A DNA stretch of 47,311 nt from Octopus bimaculoides (lineage: Eukaryota): assembly GCF_001194135.2 (NCBI RefSeq), contig NC_068985.1, forward strand, positions 96,266,136 to 96,313,446, written 5' to 3'. Each line of letters opens with the position of its first letter. Position 1 is the stretch's first letter. The notes beneath the pieces are model-generated. The model saw nothing but the letters and a program-made list of their open reading frames with translations, had not been told where the DNA came from and searched no databases. The position numbers and the translations under genes are program-made. Of the stretch, positions 38,335-47,311 are shown in pieces.

Positions 38335-38665
38335 TTTGTGTGTGTATACATACACACACACATGCTTTTATACACACACATATATATGACGCACATATAT
38401 ATAACAAACACACATGCTTTTACACACATCCTTTTATACACACACACTTTTATACACACTGTCACACACATGCTTTTATACATACATATATACACACACA
38501 TGCTTTTATACACACACATATATACACACGTTTTTATACATACACATATACACACACACATTCTTTTATTCACATATATACACACAATGCTTTTATACAC
38601 CTATATACTCACATACTTTTATACACCTATACACACACACACATGCTTTTATACAGACACACACG
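38335..38665. repeat. CA/TA-rich minisatellite built on ACACACATGCTTTTATAC-like units
   Basis: A recurring (GC)TTTTATACAC motif at irregular spacing. Confidence 0.9.
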
Positions 38666-38689
38666 TGAGTCACTTACAAAACACTTAAA

Positions 38690-39130
38690 ACAATGTTTCA
38701 CAATGCATATTGGTTTCAAATTTCTGCACAAGGCCAGCAGCTTCGGAGGAGAAGGTAAGTCAATTGCACTGACCCCAGTACGTAGCTGGTACTTATTTTA
38801 TCGACCCTGAAAGGATAGAAGGCAAAGTCAGAAAGTATAGATGGACAAAATGTTGCTAAGCATCTTTTCTGGCACAGTAACAATTCTGCTAACTCACTGC
38901 CTTAATACAATGAATATTCTTTTCCACTCTAGGCACAAGGCCCAAAATTTTGGGGGAGGGGGCCAATCAATTAGATCGACTCCAGTATGCAACTGGTACT
39001 TAAATTATCGACCCCAAAAGGATGAAAAGCAAAGTCGACCTAAGTGGAATTTGAACTCAGCATGTAAAGACAGACGAAATACCGCTAAGCCTTTCGCCCA
39101 GTGTGCTAACAACTCTACCAGCTCACCAAC
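38690..39130 (-). mobile_element. Two tandem SINE family B copies
   Basis: As above. Confidence 0.8.
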
Positions 39131-39451
39131 TTGTTATACAATGAATATCAAAAGAACAAATGACCTCCCTCAATTATAAACATTCAATTTCTGGGATATC
39201 AAGACTTTTTTCACATATTACAATTATTTGAGCCCACTTGTTAGACAACAAACATAAAAGAATGTAGCTTTTATTGTTTTTTCTCTCTTTTAGATATAAA
39301 AGACAACATGAATGAGTGGTTAAGTTTCCTTCCCAACCACAGGGTTACAGGTTCAGTCCCACTGCATGGTACCTTGGGTGAGTATCTTGTACTATAGCCC
39401 AGGTTGACGAAAGCCTTGTAAGTGGATTTGGAAGAGATAAACTTACCCCAT

Positions 39452-39620
39452 TGTATGTATGTGTGTGGGCACATGTGTGCACAGGTGCATGTGAGCATGG
39501 GTGCATGTGAGCACAGGTGCTTGTGTACATGTGTGTGGGTGTGCATGTGAATGCAGGTGCACATGCATGTATGTGTGCATCCATGTATTCATGCATGCGC
39601 GTGCACACACACATACACAT
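39452..39620. repeat. Alternating purine-pyrimidine (GT/GCAT) low-complexity tract
   Basis: Direct reading. Confidence 0.9.
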
Positions 39621-39661
39621 TTTTTTGTTTTACATTTCCATGTTGCTGAGAAAAAAATCAC

Positions 39662-39750
39662 TGAACTACTAGTAGTGATATTGTTGAAATTTGCCATCAA
39701 CACATCATCTGCTGGCTTTGCGCCTTCAAAGATGATGAGAATAAGAGATC
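39662..39750 (-). CDS. Possible optional exon (SLILIIFEGAKPADDVLMANFNNITTSSS)
   Basis: Acceptor attttcccaaattaag|G; weak donor TCA|GTGATT; phase 1 to 0 bridges the 40947 and 34726 exons. Confidence 0.25.
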
Positions 39751-40946
39751 CTTAATTTGGGAAAATAGGTAAGGGTAGGCAACAGGAAGGGCATCTAGCT
39801 GTATGTAATGCCCCAGTAATATATTTAAGCCATGCTAGTAAAAGAAAACTAGCAGACATGAATCAAATGAACTGGTGAGAAAAAAAGGAATGATCATCAG
39901 GCTGAAACCTGGCTTGCACACATGCAAGAGATTGGAATCTGTTAAAGGTACTCAAAGGACACTTGATATTAAACCAAGAAAGAGACTATCTTTACTATCC
40001 AAGAACAGGAATCTTCTCACCAAAAGGCTAGCGTATTAGCTTCCATCAATCAAATTTCATTCACAAGGATTTGGTAGAAGACACTTTGCTTAAACTGTCA
40101 TAAGGTGAAAATTTTGGCCCAAGGTGGATGTATGATTAAAGACAATCTAGTCATAACTGTCTTTTTATTCAAGCATAATCAATCTTAGTCCATGTTATCC
40201 AACGTCTGCTTTTTTTTTTTTTTTCAAAAACAGTTATTCATCTGAAAGAGACTGGCTGCTATTTCTGGTGGTCAGCTAATGATGGAACTCTACATGATCA
40301 CCTGAGATTTTTCTTTCTTTCTTTTTAACTAATGAGTAAATGGTAATTATGTGAAAGAATCAACAAGAACACAGTAATTGTTTAGAACAAATTTTAGATG
40401 CAATTACACACCTAATAGCATAATTTTAATTAAATACCTTTCTGTGTGACAATTTCAGAGAATTATTCCTATATATTATTACAAATGCCGACATGTCATA
40501 TGAGTGCAGTCTAATTTATATTAATAAAATAACAAGACCATTGAGATTCCCCTACGAGTGCAACATTTTGTACGGCTTTAATCAAAAGTATAAATCTATC
40601 AATTTGGTTACTGCAATCTATTTCCAAATCACACTTGCATGTTACTAACTGATTATTTTCTCTGAAGGCTGTTATTAACTTTATTTTAAACACAAAATAT
40701 AGAGTAATATATACAGCAGCTAACCTAACTACCTTATTTATAAATATGAACTCAATATGAGTCATGCCTATAACTAGGAAAATTAAATTAAAAGATGTTA
40801 TTTCATTTCAAAACATATATATGTAATGTCTCCTAACTATTAATATATGAAATTATTCTTAAGTATACTATTTTCTTAATTTGATATAAATAGAGTTTTA
40901 ATGGTATACTTCTGTTTCAAAACTCAAAATTATCCATCACCCTTAC

Positions 40947-40992
40947 CATTCAGGATGCATTTTGCCACTCCGGTGGGGTTTGAAGAGGTCAA
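40947..40992 (-). CDS. Possible optional exon (LTSSNPTGVAKCILN-G)
   Basis: Acceptor cttgtacag|T; strong donor ATG|GTAAGG; phase 0 to 1. Confidence 0.25.
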
Positions 40993-41142
40993 CTGTACAA
41001 GTTTTAAGGCTTTCTCCTCAATTCACATTTTTCATGTGATGAACATTCTGTCCAATCAAATACATCACCAAAGAACTAATTTTCCATTCTCTTCTATTCT
41101 ATAGAAATGACTAAACAACTGAGTTAATATTTACATATTTAA

Positions 41143-41820
41143 CCCTTTTGTTACCTTATTTCTGTTGAGATGCTCTGTGTTTCTTTCAATTAATTTTAAA
41201 TATAACAAAATTCGTTGACTGTCACCCATGCCAACCTTCCTTCATTGGACACAAAACTCAGCTTGCGAAGACCTGTTGGGGCAAGTGAGATCGAAACCGA
41301 ACCAAATTCGATGAATGGCACCTGTGCCAGTGGAGCACTAACAGCACCATCCAGGCAGGATCACTGCCAGAGCAGCGGTCTTGCTCCCGTGCCGCTGGCA
41401 CATAAAAAGCACCATTTGAGTGTGATCGTTTCCAGCTTCGCCTTACTGGTACTTGTGCCGGTGGCATGTGAACAAAACATTGGACTGACTCCTGTGCAGG
41501 TGGCATGTAGAAAACACCATTTGAGCCATTGCCAGTACCGCCGGACTGGCCCTTGTGCCGGTGGCACGTAAAAAGCACCCACTACACTCTCGGAGTGCTT
41601 GGTGTTAGGAAGGGCATCCAGCTGTAGAAACTCTGCCAGATTAGATTGGAGTCTGGTGTAGCCTTCCGCTTCGCCAGTCCCCAGTCAAATCATCCAACCC
41701 ATGCTTGCATGGAAAGCAGACGTTAAATGATGATGATGATGATGATGACGATGATGATGATGATAACAAAGAATTTAGGAATATTTGGGCCAGATATGGC
41801 CACTTTAAATGCTAAAGTGG
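41143..41820. mobile_element. piggyBac-like MITE interrupted by an RTE-tail insertion
   Basis: TTAA-CCCTTTTGTTACC left end; AAAGTGG-TTAA right end; left part matches 409-630. Confidence 0.6.
41210..41762 (+). mobile_element. Family C insertion with an intact 8-bp TSD
   Basis: ATAACAAA at 41202-41209 and 41763-41770; ends in (TGA)n; about four internal units. Confidence 0.85.
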
Positions 41821-42268
41821 TTAAGAGAGATTTTGCTGTTTTTTTCTAAACAGTCAAGTGAACATGTAGAGTTCCCTTCTTTAGCTCAACTTTTTCCATG
41901 TATCAATTAAATGGAAATCATGAAGAAGAATCAACAAAAACACAATAATTGTTCAGAATAGATTTTTGTATGTGATGTTTTCAGAGAGGTACGAATCAAA
42001 TGCTGGGGGAGGGGGCTATCTTTTGTTTGTTGGGATCAGTTACATTGCATTGTGAGAAGGATCATGGAAAGAACACTCCATGACCCTTTCTCCATCCAGA
42101 AACAGAAGTGGGTTGAGTGAGTGTCAAGCAACTTCTTATCATAGAAAAACTAATGTGTTGCTAAAACTGTTCAAAGATAGCTTGATGTGTAGGACGACAG
42201 GGAACAGAAATTAAACGGAAGAAGGCACTGTTGTAAGTATTCAGGGAAGCTTTCCAGTCTGAAGATAC

Positions 42269-42332
42269 CTTTCTCCAAATGATCCCAAAATCCCTGAAAA
42301 GGGTTATGGACATTGCCCTTTCTCCTCTAATT
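42269..42332 (-). CDS. Putative exon (IRGERAMSITLFRDFGIIWRK); internal ATG at 42313 may be the true start
   Basis: Very strong polypyrimidine acceptor tctgtttcttttctttttatttttctttccag|A; only one open frame; donor AAG|GTATCT (phase 0). Confidence 0.5.
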
Positions 42333-42462
42333 CTGGAAAGAAAAATAAAAAGAAAAGAAACAGAACCATCCATCATTGAAATCCTCAACCATCAAATCAT
42401 AGACTTCTCAATCCAACATGACATTTCCAAAGCAACATAATAGTTTTGCTTGACTGACTTAC

Positions 42463-42521
42463 CACACATCAGCCAATACTTCTTAATATTCAGCTACTTT
42501 TTTAGCCCACTCAGTCTTACT
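42463..42521 (-). other. Putative stop-containing exon (SKTEWAKKVAEY*EVLADV)
   Basis: Acceptor ttctttag|A; consensus donor TG|GTAAGT, 130 bp upstream of the strong 42332 acceptor; in-frame TAA. Confidence 0.35.
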
Positions 42522-42840
42522 CTAAAGAACTTTAAAAATCATCAGGGGAAACATGATACTAATCTCTCACCAACCTATAATGAGCTTGATTGGTTAAAAG
42601 TTTATTACTTAGAGAATTATACATTTAAAAACATATGTAAATACTGATTTCACATAGGAGAATTTAATTCTTCTTTGAATTACTGAATGATAATCCTTCC
42701 TAATTGGTAACTTCCATGTACTCATAAATGTAGTTTTTCTAAACCTGTCAGAAATAACTATGTTCACACCGACAATGTATCAGCTGGGTTCGAAATAAAT
42801 TTAGAAGAAATATCATCAGTGGTGTTGTATGTTGATTTAC

Positions 42841-42964
42841 TTTCACAGAATTATTCAATGAATGTCTAAGGTGTCTTTCCAGACTACCCTCAGGGAAGTA
42901 AAATTGTGCCAAATTGCTAAGATCTTCTCTGTATGAAGCATAGGTGTGCTGATGACTTTTCATT
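42841..42964 (-). CDS. Putative exon (MKSHQHTYASYREDLSNLAQFYFPEGSLERHLRHSLNNSVK)
   Basis: Acceptor ttgctgttgttttaag|A (phase 2); coincides with the 71-aa ORF 42748-42963; donor AAA|GTAAAT (phase 0). A weaker downstream phase-2 donor CG|GTGTGA also exists. Confidence 0.3.
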
Positions 42965-44321
42965 CTTAAAACAACAGCAAGAACTTTAAAAATTACACAT
43001 CCTTCAATAGCTTAAGCAGAGCTAGAACAGGAGAACTACTGAGATGCTAAGAAAACCAATCAAAGATGTTAGAAAATGTGAATGTAATCTAACCAAACTT
43101 GAAAGAACAACAAAAAAAAATGTCCTATTATTTTTGTTTCCTTCAAAGAAACATATTTAGTCTCAGAATTAATGAAGAGATAAAAATAGGCAGAAAGTAT
43201 TTTGCAAGTAATAAATTAATTAGTAAGCCTGAAAATAACCTTTTAGTGCCTGAAATTGCTTAAAAAAGATAAATTGCTGATAGTAAATAACAACTATGAA
43301 TAGCTTAGAATACTCAGCAAGACAAATTATTCCATTGGTTGGCATCGCCAAAAACCTTCCTCCTTCACCCAGTTAAAACCATACTTGACAAGCTAGTTAC
43401 TCCCCTTTGGCAGATAAATGCCTCTTTTCACAGTCACCACATGACACCAGAGAAATCATCATTCTTAGGCTCCCTCCATAAAATCTTTCACTGTTATTTA
43501 CAGAACCTTTATACCCAGTGGTCTTATCACTGCCAGGTTACGGCTATAAAGCACTCCACCACCATTATTTACCCACAAAATGGAGGCAATCTTTGTACCC
43601 AGTGGTCTTTACAGCCACTGTAAACACCTTGATGCTTCAAACCAACCGACAAGCAGTAAGACTAAAGAGTGACAAAGGATAGATGGACTTTGCCGTCCAA
43701 TCACTGACAGGTCTCTCTCTAATGCTAGTATTGCAATAAAATTAACCTGTTCTACGTTGTAAGGTGGCTGTGATAGGGAGAGTATCCAGTTCTGTAAAAA
43801 TGAAAGGGATGAACAAATAGAAGACAGGAGTAGGGGGGCTTCTTTTATTGCGAATCAAATAAACTCTCTATTTGCCTGAAGACAAAATAGGGTAGCAGAG
43901 GTTCTCTAGACTTTTTAAAGACAAGTTCTCTAGTGCCAGTATCATGATAAAATGTGCCTGGTCCATGCTCTAATGTACTTTGTCAAAACTGTGATAAAAT
44001 CAACAAGGTTGATCTGGGACTAAACAGCATAATGTGTAAGATAATGAAGGATTGCAATAGAAGGTGAGACAAAGACCATATTGGATAATGATATGAAGGA
44101 CAAATGGTTAGCAGTGAGACAGGAGCATGGTTAATAGTGAAATGTCACAGATGAAGGTGAGGTAAAGAACTGTAGCAGCTTGTGGTGAAGGACAATGGAG
44201 AATCAAATCACATCACAGAGGTTACCCATCTACAAGGGCAGTAATTCTGAATAACAACTGATAGGGCTGGTGGCATGATAAAATATACTTAATATATTCT
44301 ATAATGCATGTGAAAAACAAC

Positions 44322-44626
44322 ATTTGAGCGGGGTCATTGCCAGTGCCACTAGACTGGCTTCCATGCAGGTGGCACATAAAAAACACCTTTTGAGCGTGGT
44401 TGTTGCCAGTACCGCCTGACTGGCCCTCGTGCCGGTGACACATAAAAGCATCCACTACACTCTTGGAGTGGTTGGTGTTAGGAAGGGCAGCCAGCTACAG
44501 AAACCTTGCCAGATCAGATTGGAACCTGGTGCAGCCTCCTGGCTTGCCAGTCCTCAGTCAAACTGTCCAACCCATGCCAGCATGGACAGCGGACGTTAAA
44601 CAACGATGATGATGATGATGATGATA
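44322..44626 (+). mobile_element. Family C copy
   Basis: Ends GGACGTTAAACAAC(GAT)n. Confidence 0.85.
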
Positions 44627-45140
44627 ATGAAGTAGGTGAACAGGAAGGGCATCCAACCTTAGAAAACATGTCAAAACTAGAACAAACAAGGTGCAGACTC
44701 TGCAAGAAACAGCACGGGTTACCTATCTAGGATAATGTAGTTCTAAATACAGTTTGAAAATTATGAGGTGATTATGATTGGAATGTCTTTTATTACAGGT
44801 CTTCTAGACCAGGCCTAACCAGGGCTAAAATAATTAAATTTTGACACAAAGACAGCAATTTTCATCAAAGGAGTAGGTCGCTTACATTGACTAATGCTTG
44901 ACTGGTACTTGATTTTACCAACACTGAAAGGATGAAAGGCAAAGTCGACCTCAAAATTTCAAATCAGAACTTAAGTGTCGAAAGATGCCATGAAGTATTC
45001 TTTCCACGGGCTAATGATTCTGCTAGCTCACTGCCTTGCATCCACTAATTAGATAATAACTAAATACAAATAAGTCAATGAGGGACTGTCGCTCAACCCA
45101 CTAAAAACAGCAGTTAAATCTATCCCCTTTTGTTAACAAA

Positions 45141-45266
45141 GGTACTACTTAAATACAGCGGTCCCGACACATCTACGTAACCCTAACCCTAACCCCCTAA
45201 TGAGTGTGCACTTTAAAAACATATCGTTATGTAGATGCATCGGGACCTCTGTATTTAAGTAGTGCC
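45141..45266. mobile_element. 126-bp MITE with GG...CC ends, 41-bp TIRs, 8-bp TSD and internal CCCTAA repeats (Merlin-like)
   Basis: TIRs match at 36/41; exact TTAACAAA at 45133-45140 and 45267-45274; TAACCCTAACCCTAACCCCCTAA at 45178-45200. Superfamily assignment is an inference. Confidence 0.8.
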
Positions 45267-45381
45267 TTAACAAATTTCTATCAAAATGCACTACTTTTGT
45301 TTTAATTAATTTTGAAAATAATGAAAAATTTAGTAAAATGACTCATTACTTTGCTAGTGTTTGAGCGTTTTTTTTTTTTAA

Positions 45382-45807
45382 TAGGCGTAGGAGTGGCTGT
45401 GAGGTAAGTAGCTTGCTTATTAACCACATGGCTCCGGGTTCAGTCCCACTGCGTGGCACCTTGGGCAAGTGTCTTCTACTATAGCCTCGGGCCAACCAAA
45501 GCCTTGTGAGTGGATTTGATAGACGGAAACTGAAAGAAGCCCATCATATGTGTATATATATATATGTATGTATGTGGGTGTGTATATGTTTGTGTGTCTG
45601 TGTTTGTCCCCCCAACATCGCTTGACAACCGATGGTGGTGTGTTTAGGCCCCTTTAACTTAGCGGTTCGGCAAAAGAGACCGATAGAATAAGTAATAGGC
45701 TTACAAAGACTAAGTCCTGGGGCCGATTTGCTCGACTAAAAGCGGTGCTCCAGCATGGACACAGTCAAATGACTGAAACAAGTAAAAGAGTAAAAAGAGA
45801 GAGAGAG
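45382..45807 (+). mobile_element. SINE family A, full length, nested in a piggyBac-like MITE
   Basis: AGGCGTAGGAGTGGCTGTGAGG head to the AAAGAG tail. Confidence 0.9.
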
Positions 45808-46052
45808 TAATAATAAAGTTTTGACGGAAAGTTTTGATTTAAATCACTCCAAAACTGAAACTTTGCATCGTGGGACCAAATGCGATCTCAGGTAAGTTGG
45901 TATAAAACGGGTTAAAAGTTACTCAACCATTTAAACAAAAAAAATGGGACACATTATATGGAATATTGTAATTCTAGACATGTTGAGGTTGACTATCAAG
46001 TTATAGAATAGATAATCTATCCTTGCTTTTCCAAAACGATAGGGTTCTGTAC

Positions 46053-46106
46053 CGCCGCTTGGCATCTTGGAAAGCTGACTTCTGTGAAACTAGAACCGCA
46101 GGATTT
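46053..46106 (-). CDS. Putative exon 2 (NPAVLVSQKSAFQDAKR-R)
   Basis: Strong acceptor tttttttttcttcag|A; 54 bp open in phase 2-2; donor CG|GTACAG is only moderate. Confidence 0.4.
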
Positions 46107-46216
46107 CTGAAGAAAAAAAAAATTTAATGCGAATTACATGTTTCAGAATGCTGGATACTATAAAAAATACTGAAAAAAAGTTAACATTTTTGCTCCCGTG
46201 AATCAGGGATATTTAC

Positions 46217-46248
46217 TCAAAAACTCCGCCCTTTATTTTATCGATCAT
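46217..46248 (-). CDS. Putative first coding exon of unrecognised minus-strand gene (MIDKIKGGVF-E)
   Basis: ATG at 46248 is the first in-frame ATG after an upstream TAA. Donor GA|GTAAAT; a 110-bp intron ends at a strong acceptor (T-run-CTTCAG). Phase 2 matches the next exon. Lies in a CpG-retaining region. Confidence 0.4.
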
Positions 46249-46621
46249 AGCATTTAGATGGAAGCTAAGTCGATCCCGGCGTAAAAGGCTGTAACTAAAC
46301 ACCACAGCCGACGCTTTAACGATTCTGTTAAATAATTATTGTTGTTCTGTGGAGATTATATTCGAATGATGTAGTGGCTAATAGGTTGCTTTTCTTCAAG
46401 TTCTTCCAGTTATTTGATTAAAATTCGATGCAGACGTTCCCTTTTCCTGCTGCCATTCCGCAGGTGTACGACAACGGGATTAAACAATAATAGATCCACC
46501 ACGAAAAATCACAACAGACCACCACTGTTGCTTATAAACAACAAAACTTGTACATTGTTATTACATTTTTTGTTGAGATTTAACAGTCAAAAGAAATGAC
46601 ATTGATTTATCGACAGTCGAA

Positions 46622-46674
46622 TTGTCGTCCGTACAAGACTTGTTTTTGTCGTCCGTACAAGTCTTGTTTTTGTC
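46622..46674 (+). repeat. 24-bp tandem repeat x2.2
   Basis: TTGTCGTCCGTACAAG(A/T)CTTGTTT. Confidence 0.9.
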
Positions 46675-47311
46675 ACCCTTTCCTTTCATGGAAGGAATAA
46701 ATTAATATCTTACCATCTGTAGAAGACTATGTCTGGAAACAGTTGTAGGAACATCATTTCTATAGCAATATTCAGAAGTCATGTTCAACACACAACAAAC
46801 AAATTGTCTCATCAACTCCAAACACCACAATGAAGAGTTTTAGTGTCACTTCGCTACTTTACGGAACTTTTAAACAAAAATCTTCAAACAGGTTTATTTT
46901 TGTCTGAATGTTCGTAAATATTTACATTTATATAAATAAATGTATTATCAGTCAATTTTTCTTTCTCTTGCAATAATAATTAAAAAAATCTTTAATACCA
47001 CAGCAAAACTTTCTAAACGTTTTCCCTTGCCATTGTTAGTTCGTTCTAAATGCGTTTATGATTGCGTAATTAATTGGAATGTTTGAATAATTAAATTTAA
47101 TTAATTTGACTCGAGAAACATTCCTCCAATTTTTTTGTACACATTATACTGGTGCTATAAAATGACGCCCCCGCCATCACTCCATCTGGAGTGCCATAAA
47201 ACATTAATCTCTAACGAGAGCAGTAAAGACGTAGTTTTATATCATAATTCCACTTGCGATTAGTATTAAATCGACCAAAATACTTGACTGTTACTCTACT
47301 TTATCTACCCA

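Larger units (their letters stand above)
45125..45911. mobile_element. Older piggyBac-like MITE hosting two nested insertions
   Basis: CCCTTTTGTTAACAAA left end; GGTATAAAACGGG-TTAA right end; internal pieces 45267-45365 and 45808-45911 resemble the 409-630 family. Confidence 0.55.
46000..47311. promoter_or_regulatory. CpG-retaining, repeat-poor putative promoter/5' region
   Basis: Visibly more CG dinucleotides than the CpG-depleted rest of the window; GC-box-like CCGCCC (about 46226), CTATAAAA followed by TGACG and CCCCGCC (about 47155-47176); adjoins candidate exon 1. Confidence 0.45.

Noticed and set aside
40511-40765. 84-aa minus-strand ORF
   Set aside because: Only weak acceptors and donors; not needed for the exon chain.
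43330-44215. Possible LINE fragments and ORF 43339-43623
   Set aside because: No diagnostic RT or endonuclease motif could be read with confidence.

Overview
AT-rich, repeat-dense animal genomic DNA with five N gaps. The repeat families look like those of Octopus/coleoid cephalopods; this is an inference from recalled repeat sequences, not a search. Much of the window is transposon-derived: three or more tRNA-headed SINE families, many RTE-LINE 3'-tail elements ending in (TGA)n, three decayed RTE reverse-transcriptase fragments, piggyBac-, Tc1/mariner-, hAT- and Merlin-like MITEs, a Helentron/DINE-like element, a Penelope-like remnant and microsatellites. Most listed ORFs are artefacts of these repeats. 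In the unique DNA I can chain phase-compatible GT-AG exons on the minus strand, from a CpG-retaining region near 46.2 kb down to at least 20.4 kb. They encode a protein I do not recognise, so the model is tentative. The most interesting signals are a minimal hammerhead-ribozyme-like motif in the Penelope-like remnant, a stop-bearing exon that splits the putative ORF, strong hairpin/foldback structures around one exon, and a TSD-flanked MITE carrying telomeric repeats. There is no evidence for rRNA, true tRNA genes or CRISPR arrays.
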